NCBI GenBank assembly: GCA_947089915.1
Contig: CAMUMB010000002.1
Coordinates: forward strand, 1 to 52,771
Direction of reading: 5' to 3'
DNA: 52,771 bases
Source of the DNA: an uncultured Bacillales bacterium
Lineage (GTDB): Bacteria; Bacillota_I; Bacilli_A; RF39; UBA660
Made by a program: the position numbers and the translations under genes. The notes under the pieces were generated by a model that worked only from the letters and a program-made list of their open reading frames with translations, was not told the origin of the DNA and made no database searches. Position 1 is the first letter of the stretch. The number at the start of each line of letters is the position of its first letter. Below are positions 28,176-35,517 of the stretch, piece by piece.

Positions 28176-28784
28176 ATGTTAAAGAAAAATACTACAGAAT
28201 TAGGTAAAACCATAAGTGAAGCAAGAGAAAAAATTGGAATTTCACAAAGAGAATTAGCAAGACAATCCAACATGGACTGTGCTGAGGTTTCTCGTATTGA
28301 AGCTGGAAAAAGGTTAAAACCTAATGTTTTATATTTAAAAGGGATTGCTGAAACATTAAATTTAAGTATGGTTGATTTAATGAAACTTGCTGGATATAAT
28401 GATATGAAAATAAATTGGGGACAAGATTTTTCTGATAGAAGAGCTACTGCTGACTATCAAAAACAAATAAAAAGTTATGAACAATTTTATTTTGACATTT
28501 TAGAAGAATTAGAAACAAGAAGAAAAACTGATTTTGCAATTAAAGGTGGCATTGCTGATTTAATTGATAAATTAGAACTTGCTAAAATAGAAAATAAGGA
28601 AATATCAAATGATGAAATATTAGATAGACTAAAAGAATTAATTCCTATGATTAGACCTAATTTAGAAAAATTTGATAAATCAAAATATCCATCTTTTGAT
28701 TCTGGTGTATTTCCTAAAATAGAAATACAATCTGATGTGAAGTATCCTACTGTACCAAAGAATTTATTAGATAAGAAAGATTAA
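28176..28784 (+). CDS. XRE-family HTH regulator with C-terminal helical domain
   Basis: ISQRELARQSNMDCAEVSRIEAGKR HTH. Upstream TTGATT-N17-TGcTATAAT promoter and an inverted repeat TCAACA...TGTTGA in the divergent intergenic region. Confidence 0.8.
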   Translation: MLKKNTTELGKTISEAREKIGISQRELARQSNMDCAEVSRIEAGKRLKPNVLYLKGIAETLNLSMVDLMKLAGYNDMKINWGQDFSDRRATADYQKQIKSYEQFYFDILEELETRRKTDFAIKGGIADLIDKLELAKIENKEISNDEILDRLKELIPMIRPNLEKFDKSKYPSFDSGVFPKIEIQSDVKYPTVPKNLLDKKD

Positions 28785-29086
28785 AATTACGAACACCTTT
28801 TATTTTTACAAGGTAAAAATGAAAGCAAGAAAAGTAATTTTATTCATCTTTACTTTTGCTATGCAAAAGAAAAAATAACCTTTTTGCTTTAGTCGCCAGA
28901 CTTTAGCATTAAGGTTATTTTCATATAAAGAATACGTGGCACGTTTTGTCAGCTATGCTGATGAAAGTGGCGATAGTATTCATTCTTTTTATTTAAACTT
29001 GATTTAAATAAAAAGGCAACAATATTACATTGTGAAACTTTGTAATATGTTGCTTAAATGGGGTTTCAAAAGGGAGCACCCTTTGC

Positions 29087-29125
29087 ACACATCGTTATTG
29101 GCTTTGCCAATATCGTAGTGTGTTA
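29087..29125 (+). other. oriT-like hairpin plus nick-core-like TAGTGTGTTA
   Basis: Imperfect hairpin ACACATCGTTATTGGC-ttt-GCCAATATCGTAGTGTGT. Its 3' arm runs into GTAGTGTGTTAC, which matches my recollection of the pMV158/MobV nick region (..TAGTGTG/TTA..). Confidence 0.4.
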
Positions 29126-29202
29126 CTAAAATGTCATTTTAGTCATTTACGAAAATCCATTAGTTGTAAAACTTCTTTTGAATTTTCATGATAAAATTTT
29201 AG

Positions 29203-29841
29203 TTATAATCTTATATAATTAGTATAAATTTTCATAAATTCTGAATGTGTTTCAATAACTATCTCATAAGTATTAGAACCAATTTGAATAATTAATCCAT
29301 CTTTTGCCTCTTGAATAGATGTAATCTTATCATGTGGTTTATCAAAGCTAACATTTTGTGATGAATAAATTAATCTCTTTGTTGTCAAATATAGAGTACC
29401 AAAATATTTAGTCCTTTGAGTTTCCCTAATAGCTTGACTACCACTAGCACCAGTTCTATATGAAATACCTTTTGCAATTCTTATGCTTATACCATTATTT
29501 TTTCCTGTATATCCAGTAGTAATAGTTTTATCTTTAAACGTATAACCTTTATCCATATAACAACAAAAATCATCACGTTCAAGGTTTAAATTTGGAGTAT
29601 TAATACAAGGTAAATCCCCATCATTAATTTGTTTAATAACATCATAACTCATCAATGAGCCAAATCCATTTATGTGAAATAAATTCTTTCCAGCAGTTAT
29701 AACATCTTTAAGCCATCCTATTAAAAATATTCCTCCAGTAAATAAATATAATATTCCCATACCAAATTCTCCATTAACAAACTTATGAACACCAAAAGGT
29801 CCTCCAAACAAAACAATAAAGAAATCTTTTATTTTTTTCAT
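29203..29841 (-). CDS. TM2-domain membrane protein with C-terminal PH-like (bPH/YokE-like) domain
   Basis: N-terminus FGGPFGVHKFVNGEFGMGILYLFTGGIFLIGWLKD is a TM2-type motif. C-terminal FGTLYLTTKRLIY...F..P..KI is a bacterial PH-like pattern (from memory). Confidence 0.55.
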   Translation of the reverse strand: MKKIKDFFIVLFGGPFGVHKFVNGEFGMGILYLFTGGIFLIGWLKDVITAGKNLFHINGFGSLMSYDVIKQINDGDLPCINTPNLNLERDDFCCYMDKGYTFKDKTITTGYTGKNNGISIRIAKGISYRTGASGSQAIRETQRTKYFGTLYLTTKRLIYSSQNVSFDKPHDKITSIQEAKDGLIIQIGSNTYEIVIETHSEFMKIYTNYIRL

Positions 29842-29851
29842 TAAATATACC

Positions 29852-30043
29852 TCACTTATTTTTTAATTTTAACTCACTTTTGACAAGATGAATAGGAATA
29901 AAAATGTCACGTTTACTTTCTGGTATGTAATAATTTTTTTCTTTAGCAATTTTTAATAAATGTTTCATTACTCGTTCACCATTTCTTCTTCCACATCCCA
30001 ATAGTTCAGTTAACTCTTTTTGATTAATATATGCTTTTTCCAT
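29852..30043 (-). CDS. small HTH protein, DUF3173-like (common next to IME integrases)
   Basis: 63 aa. INQKELTELLGCGRRNGERVMKHLLKIAKEKNYY....R...IPIHLV resembles the DUF3173 pattern (from memory). It could be an excision cofactor. Confidence 0.45.
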   Translation of the reverse strand: MEKAYINQKELTELLGCGRRNGERVMKHLLKIAKEKNYYIPESKRDIFIPIHLVKSELKLKNK

Positions 30044-30111
30044 TCATATCCCCCATTTTTGCTAGTCTTATGGTATTTCAATCTTATTTTTCGTGTGATA
30101 GCTTGGTATTT

Positions 30112-30489
30112 TTATAAAGTATAATTATCTACATTTCCATTATATTTATATTTTAATTTACTAAATTTTATTGCTTCAAAGGAAGTTCCCCAAAAAACAA
30201 TTTGCTTTTCAGAATTCTCATCAGAATTATAAATGATAACTAAATAATGTTTCTTATCGTTTGTTCCTAATGTATTATGATATTTTTGCATAAATTCATT
30301 ATCTCTTAAATAATCAATTTTGACTATTTTGTTTTTAGGTAATGTAACAGTCATTTCAGGTTTAATCTTTTTAATTTCAAATACATCCTCTTTTTCTTCT
30401 ATAGTACATGGATAGTCTTGATTGAATCCTTTTAATCCATCATAATGTACAACTCTAATTATGTTTTTGTTTTTCTTTTTAAATATCAT
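30112..30489 (-). CDS. hypothetical protein
   Basis: 125-aa ORF with RBS GAGGTGA. No recognisable motif. Confidence 0.5.
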   Translation of the reverse strand: MIFKKKNKNIIRVVHYDGLKGFNQDYPCTIEEKEDVFEIKKIKPEMTVTLPKNKIVKIDYLRDNEFMQKYHNTLGTNDKKHYLVIIYNSDENSEKQIVFWGTSFEAIKFSKLKYKYNGNVDNYTL

Positions 30490-30506
30490 ATATAGTCACC
30501 TCTAGT

Positions 30507-30818
30507 TTATTTATTTTTTTCTTTTAGTAAACTAATTAAATCTTTTTTCATACCATCAAAGTTATCAATAATTTTGTTTAGTTTATCTTCAATTCCATCA
30601 ATAAGTGTTAATTTTCCATTTTTATATGCAATTAGTCTTTCTGCAATAATATGATAGCTCCAACTACCACCATTGTTTTTAACAGCAAAGCCAATTGGGA
30701 GTTTATCTTGTCTCATACCAATAGATATAAACATTGGAGATACACCTAAATAATCACCTGCAATCTTACAAGTAACTTTTTTCATATTTCTTATATCTTC
30801 ATCTAAATATTTTTGCAT
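30507..30818 (-). CDS. hypothetical protein (possible HTH)
   Basis: 103-aa ORF with RBS AGGGTGA. KIAGDYLGVSPMFISIGMRQ could be an HTH. Confidence 0.5.
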   Translation of the reverse strand: MQKYLDEDIRNMKKVTCKIAGDYLGVSPMFISIGMRQDKLPIGFAVKNNGGSWSYHIIAERLIAYKNGKLTLIDGIEDKLNKIIDNFDGMKKDLISLLKEKNK

Positions 30819-30827
30819 ACAATCACC

Positions 30828-31955
30828 CTATAATTGTTTTAAGAAATCATCTTCGCTAATTATTTCAATATTTTTACCTTTTTCTTTTAATTCCATAGCT
30901 TTTTGAACTTTACCACCATAATTTCCAAATTTCCATGCATCGCTTCCAGAACCACCAACTATTAAATAATTGGTTTTTGAGGTAACACCTTTTCCACAAA
31001 TGCCACCTTTTTGATTAATCTTTTCTTCAATACTATCTTTAGAACCAGAATTAAATGTACCAGTTAAACAGAATATTTTATCTTGAAAATTCACACTATC
31101 ATTTATTTTTTCCTCTTTTATAGGATTTATAAAATCATTAAACACTTTCATCAATTCATCATATTCATTAGTAGATACTACGCCATCTTCTAATACATTT
31201 TTTACGATGGAATAAATTTTATCAAAAGGATAATTGCCAATTAATTGTGTATTACTATCTAGCCATTCATTCAATTCATTAATCTCATCTAATTCAATTT
31301 TATTATCATTCATTATAGATTCAATAATTCTTTTTAAATTTTGTAATCCCTTTGTATCGTCACTATAAACTATTTTCATTCCTGTAGAACGATTTCTACT
31401 TTCAATATAATTGTAATTTTCAATATCATTTTCATCCAAACCATATTTATCATTTATATATTCAAATATTTCAAGACTAGCTGTAGTATCGCATAAAGCA
31501 TTGTGATGGTATTCTAAATCTATATTGAGATAATCACATACTTGATCTAGTTTATAATGACTAATATCCAAATACTTTTGTGCTAATTTTTGTGTACATA
31601 CAACTTTTAAAGTAGGTAAAGCAATATTATATTTTATTAAGGTTTTAGAAATAACACTTAAATCATATTTAACAGCATGACCTATGATTATACTATTTTC
31701 TATAATATCTTTATTATCTTTCCAAAACACATCAAAAGTAATGGCATCTTTAACCATATTAGGTGTTATTTTATTTACTCTCATATTAATATCATCAAAC
31801 CTATCTTCTGGATTTATTAATATATATTTTTTATTTATAACGTTTCCATCTTTAACCTGTATAAATGCTATGGAACAAATGGAATCGGCTTTGGTATTTG
31901 GATTTTCAATATCCAATACTACATAATTATCTAATTTAATACTTGTTTTAACCAT
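30828..31955 (-). CDS. DEDDh (DnaQ-like) 3'-5' exonuclease fused to a C-terminal BRCT domain
   Basis: Exo I VVLDIEN, Exo II GHAVKYDLSV, Exo III HHNALCDTTA. C-terminal FCLTGTF...NYLIVGG...KA.ELKEKG..IEIISEDDF is BRCT-like. Start placed at ATG 31955. Confidence 0.75.
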   Translation of the reverse strand: MVKTSIKLDNYVVLDIENPNTKADSICSIAFIQVKDGNVINKKYILINPEDRFDDINMRVNKITPNMVKDAITFDVFWKDNKDIIENSIIIGHAVKYDLSVISKTLIKYNIALPTLKVVCTQKLAQKYLDISHYKLDQVCDYLNIDLEYHHNALCDTTASLEIFEYINDKYGLDENDIENYNYIESRNRSTGMKIVYSDDTKGLQNLKRIIESIMNDNKIELDEINELNEWLDSNTQLIGNYPFDKIYSIVKNVLEDGVVSTNEYDELMKVFNDFINPIKEEKINDSVNFQDKIFCLTGTFNSGSKDSIEEKINQKGGICGKGVTSKTNYLIVGGSGSDAWKFGNYGGKVQKAMELKEKGKNIEIISEDDFLKQL

Positions 31956-31979
31956 ACTGTAATTCACTCCTTTTAAATT

Positions 31980-32225
31980 TTATATAAAGGTATATCTTGG
32001 ATCTTTTTTCATTTTCTCTATTTCCTCATCTGTATAAAACCAATCTGAAGTATCAATTCCTCTTCTTTCACAATTTCTTGCTATTTCATTAATTGTGTCA
32101 TAAAGATTTGTTAAATTCTTTCTTAATTGAGTAACAGTCATTTCTGGAATTATTACTTCAACCTTTGTATTACCAAGATTAAACCTCTTTATTTCATGTT
32201 TAATAATTATATCATCATCTTTCAT
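31980..32225 (-). CDS. hypothetical protein
   Basis: Start at ATG 32225 behind GAGGAG. First gene of the tightly packed minus-strand operon 32225-29203. Confidence 0.5.
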   Translation of the reverse strand: MKDDDIIIKHEIKRFNLGNTKVEVIIPEMTVTQLRKNLTNLYDTINEIARNCERRGIDTSDWFYTDEEIEKMKKDPRYTFI

Positions 32226-32291
32226 AAAGATAACACTCCTCATATAAGATTATATCACAAAATATCACTCAATTATGGCTGAATACAAATA

Positions 32292-32588
32292 TTAATAATC
32301 TAAGCTTAAGAAATTACAAAAAGAATTAAATAATTTTATCCTTTTAAGCTCTTTAAATAGTAAAAAGAATACAACCATTTCTATAACTAACATAATAATG
32401 GCTACCTCTATCGCCATACCTGGACTAATAACAGTTAAAGCAAAATCTTTTGGTATATTCAACAATTCACAGTAACTAATCCCAATATTATAATTAAACT
32501 GCATTAGAAAAACTAATCCTGAAAAAATCAATGTTAATATAAATGCTTTTAAACAAACTAAACAAATATCTTTAAAACTTAAATACAT
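32292..32588 (-). CDS. small membrane protein
   Basis: 98 aa, about 3 TM helices, RBS GAGAGGAGA. Confidence 0.5.
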   Translation of the reverse strand: MYLSFKDICLVCLKAFILTLIFSGLVFLMQFNYNIGISYCELLNIPKDFALTVISPGMAIEVAIIMLVIEMVVFFLLFKELKRIKLFNSFCNFLSLDY

Positions 32589-32691
32589 AATCTTTCTCCT
32601 CTCAAAAAAATTATATCACTATTTTGGTACATATTCCATACTTTTGGTAACAATAACTATTTTAATGGGAAAATTAAAATGGTGATGTACT

Positions 32692-33129
32692 GTGCTAGAT
32701 AATAATTTGAAATATGCAAGGGAAGATTTAGAAATGACACAAGAAGAATTAGGTTATGTGTTTGGTGTTAAAAAAGCAACTATATCGAATTGGGAAAATG
32801 GCTACGATATAATTCCTTTGAATAAACTAATTAAATTCTGTAATCTTTATGACTATTCTTTAGATTTTATTATTGGATTTACTAGAGAAAATAAAATTTA
32901 TCCTAAACTTGATAAAGTCGATAAAGTTAAAATTGGCAAAAAACTTAAAGATCTAAGAAAGAATCTAGGATTAACACAAGAACAAATTGCTAATGAATGT
33001 TCTATATCCCGTGCTACTTATTGTCATTACGAATTAGGTATGAATCTAGTATCAACTCTAACTCTTTATACAATTTGTAAGAATCATAAAATATCAATGG
33101 ATTCATTTTTAAGGCAACAAAAAAAGTGA
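32692..33129 (+). CDS. XRE-family regulator with two HTH domains
   Basis: Two HTH_3-like repeats (MTQEELGYVFGVKKATISNWENG and LTQEQIANECSISRATYCHYELG). GTG start behind GGTGA. Confidence 0.75.
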   Translation: MLDNNLKYAREDLEMTQEELGYVFGVKKATISNWENGYDIIPLNKLIKFCNLYDYSLDFIIGFTRENKIYPKLDKVDKVKIGKKLKDLRKNLGLTQEQIANECSISRATYCHYELGMNLVSTLTLYTICKNHKISMDSFLRQQKK

Positions 33130-33162
33130 GAATATGCTAACTAAATAACATACCTCACTTTT

Positions 33163-34446
33163 TTACATACCAATTTCAAAGTCATCTTTTTCTTTATCGT
33201 TATAAGTTTCATCGCTTTTTAAATAACTGGGTACTCCTGCATAATCAAATAACTCATCTTCTTTAGTAGTACCTTTAGAAATATCATAAATATCATTTGT
33301 ATTAAAGTCTTGATTGTCATAATAGTCCTTTATTTCAGTTGTAGTAGCCTCTTTTGTAGGTTCATTACCAATTTGTAGTAATTCCCTAAAAAAGTGTTTT
33401 ATTGCCTCTAAAATGGCTTTTAAATAAGTTTTAAGGTTATTATTCTCTTTGGTCAAGTTTTGATTTCTTGTAGTAAGTGCTTTTACCTCGCGTTGTAGAT
33501 TATTATTTTCTTTTTCTAATGTTTGATGGCTTTTACTAAAAGTGTCTACTTCATTAAATAATTGTTCCATTTTAGGTTGAAATTCCATAATCTTTTTAGT
33601 TTCTTTTATTACATTTTGCATACTATCAAAAGTATCTTTTCTAACCTTTACATACTCTTTATCTATTAAGGTATTTTTAGTAGTTTGCATTTTTTCTTCA
33701 AAATCATTCATAGCATTATCAAGATTCTTATTGATGGTTTCAACTTTATTTTCATAATATTTTGTTGTTTTCTTAAATTCTTTTATTTTAATATGTTTTC
33801 TATCACTCCCCTTAATACCTCTTTCTAAATCGAATCCAGCTTCTCTTAATCTTAAATTATAAATATCTTGTAATTCTGATAAATGAATATTATCTTTTAT
33901 ATATTGTTTTTTTGAAATAGTAAATCTTTCTGTATTTGTTCTTTTATCTAATTTTTTAACAAGTGGTACAACTACGCAATGAATATGTGGTGTTAATTCA
34001 TCTAAATGAATTGTTGCGTGTAATACTTGTTCTTTTTTATAACCTAAATCATTATAAACAAAATCCATACAAGTATCAGCCCACTTCATTATTTCTTCTT
34101 TATTCATATTATCAAAAAACTTATGGGTTGCTGTAAACATTAACTCATCTGCAACAACACTTTTAGATTTATTTAACATTTCATTAAAAGTTCTTTTTCT
34201 ATCATCTCTTTCAGTTTTCATTCTTTCGTTATGTTCTTTTTCATAATCTTTTACAAGCAATTTAAAACCCTTAACATATTTCTCAGCTAAGGGTACTAGT
34301 TCTATATTGTTTTTCGTTAATTCTAATTTAATATTAGGATTACTTTTATAAGCCTTTTTTTCTCGCTTATTATGGGATCCTATTTGTGCTAAATCATTTA
34401 TAGTCATTATCTGCTGACTTCTAAATATTCCATAATTCAAATTCAT
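33163..34446 (-). CDS. MobV-family relaxase (Mob/Pre plasmid recombination enzyme)
   Basis: N-terminal HNKRE (HxxR-type motif) and HATIHLDELTPHIHCVVVPL (HxDE...PHxH metal site). Long coiled-coil C-terminus, as in MobM. Confidence 0.88.
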   Translation of the reverse strand: MNLNYGIFRSQQIMTINDLAQIGSHNKREKKAYKSNPNIKLELTKNNIELVPLAEKYVKGFKLLVKDYEKEHNERMKTERDDRKRTFNEMLNKSKSVVADELMFTATHKFFDNMNKEEIMKWADTCMDFVYNDLGYKKEQVLHATIHLDELTPHIHCVVVPLVKKLDKRTNTERFTISKKQYIKDNIHLSELQDIYNLRLREAGFDLERGIKGSDRKHIKIKEFKKTTKYYENKVETINKNLDNAMNDFEEKMQTTKNTLIDKEYVKVRKDTFDSMQNVIKETKKIMEFQPKMEQLFNEVDTFSKSHQTLEKENNNLQREVKALTTRNQNLTKENNNLKTYLKAILEAIKHFFRELLQIGNEPTKEATTTEIKDYYDNQDFNTNDIYDISKGTTKEDELFDYAGVPSYLKSDETYNDKEKDDFEIGM

Positions 34447-34483
34447 ATATCATCCTCTCTTTCTAAATTTTTGAAAAATAAAA

Positions 34484-34513
34484 ATACTTTCGTTAAAAAG
34501 TATCTTAGTGTAA
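34484..34513 (+). other. oriT-like inverted repeat immediately upstream of the relaxase gene
   Basis: ATACTTTcgttaaAAAGTAT followed by CTTAGTGTAA. It resembles my recollection of pMV158 oriT (..ATAAAGTATAGTGTG/TTA..). Confidence 0.4.
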
Positions 34514-34584
34514 TTATTATTAAATTATATAGATTATCATTTGCTACAACTCATACTTATTACATTGGGTTTATACAAACTCGG

Positions 34585-34589
34585 GTGGC
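34585..34589. repeat. right copy of the 5-bp core GTGGC
   Basis: Identical to 25140-25144. It lies exactly at the His codon of DPGH in the 5' cwlD fragment. Confidence 0.75.
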
Positions 34590-34710
34590 CAGGGTCTATG
34601 TAAATCACTTTCCCTAGTAATGGAAGTTCATTATCTTGAGCAGATGCAAAACTAAAACTAAATATTCCAATCATCAGTAAAAATAATGTGCCTAGTTTGT
34701 ATTTCAACAT
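34585..34710 (-). CDS. cwlD: cwlD 5' segment (signal/TM anchor through DPGH)
   Basis: Start ATG 34710 behind AGGTGA. MLKYKLGTLFLLMIGIFSFSFASAQDNELPLLGKVIYIDPGH, then 15 element-derived codons to a stop at 34537. B. subtilis CwlD has LPLSGKIIYLDPGHGG at the same position (from memory). Confidence 0.8.
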
Positions 34711-34762
34711 AATGTTCACCTATTAAACTATATGTAAAATAAGAAATATCATGAGTGTTTTC

Positions 34763-34795
34763 AAAAAAATATAAGTGCACTTTCTACACTTATAT
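34763..34795 (-). terminator. rho-independent terminator after the collagen-like gene
   Basis: Minus strand ATATAAGTG-9 nt-CACTTATAT followed by TTTTTTT. Confidence 0.75.
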
Positions 34796-34800
34796 TTTTC

Positions 34801-35517
34801 CTATTTATTAACGATTTCAGTTTTGCATAAAGATACAAAAGCAGGATTACTGTTATTTGGTCCTACAACAACAACCATTCCATACTCACTTCGTAAAATT
34901 GTTCCCTGAGAAACTGTTTTCCCACCTGCATTAATATCTACACTTGCAGTTCCCGCTGGTAAATAGGAACGAAGCGCTGCTTCACAATTTGCATCACATC
35001 CTGTTGGTAATGGTGTAGGTGCTGGTAAATAGGTGATTGCATTGTTATAAGTGCTACTGGTAACTGTGATAGATGCGATTCTACAAATAGAAACTGCTTC
35101 TTCTGGCACACCTTGATTATTTACTAATTGAAATAAACCAGAATTAGGGTTGTTATTAGGTCCAGGTAATAGAGAACCAGGCCTACCACTTGCATTATTT
35201 CCACTTTCCATTGCAACTGTCAAATTATCATTTGGATAAAGTGTAATAATTTGCTGGATGACATTGCGCATTTGGTCTACACAAAAGCAAGCTGCCGAAT
35301 TAGCATTACTACCTGCTGGCCCCGTTGGTCCTGTTGCTCCTGTTGCTTCTGTTGCTCCTGTTGCTCCTGTTGGTCCTGTTGGCCCTGTTGCTCCTGTTGC
35401 TCCTGTTGGTCCTCCAGCTGGCCCTGTTGGTCCAGTAGTTCCAATTATCCCAACACATTGTGGCTTACAACACGCATCTTGTTCAATTTTCTTTAATGCC
35501 TTATCATATAAATTCAT
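34801..35517 (-). CDS. BclA-like collagen-repeat exosporium protein
   Basis: Short N-terminal domain with CC..QC, about 14 G-X-T triplets (GPT/GAT) and a 165-aa C-terminal globular domain. RBS GAGGAGGA. Confidence 0.8.
   Translation of the reverse strand: MNLYDKALKKIEQDACCKPQCVGIIGTTGPTGPAGGPTGATGATGPTGPTGATGATEATGATGPTGPAGSNANSAACFCVDQMRNVIQQIITLYPNDNLTVAMESGNNASGRPGSLLPGPNNNPNSGLFQLVNNQGVPEEAVSICRIASITVTSSTYNNAITYLPAPTPLPTGCDANCEAALRSYLPAGTASVDINAGGKTVSQGTILRSEYGMVVVVGPNNSNPAFVSLCKTEIVNK

Larger units (their letters stand above)
25140..34589. mobile_element. 9,445-bp integrative mobilizable element inserted in cwlD (serine recombinase, MobV relaxase, RepA_N-like, XRE regulators, cargo operon)
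   Basis: The boundaries are defined by the in-frame break of cwlD and the duplicated GTGGC core. The recombinase gene lies 54 bp inside the left end and the relaxase gene 138 bp inside the right end. No capsid, tail or terminase genes. Confidence 0.85.

Noticed and set aside
25140-34589. Interpretation of the cwlD insert as a prophage or prophage remnant (skin-like).
   Set aside because: There are no terminase, portal, capsid, tail or lysis genes. Instead the insert has a MobV relaxase, oriT-like repeats and RepA_N-like genes, so it is better described as an integrative mobilizable element.
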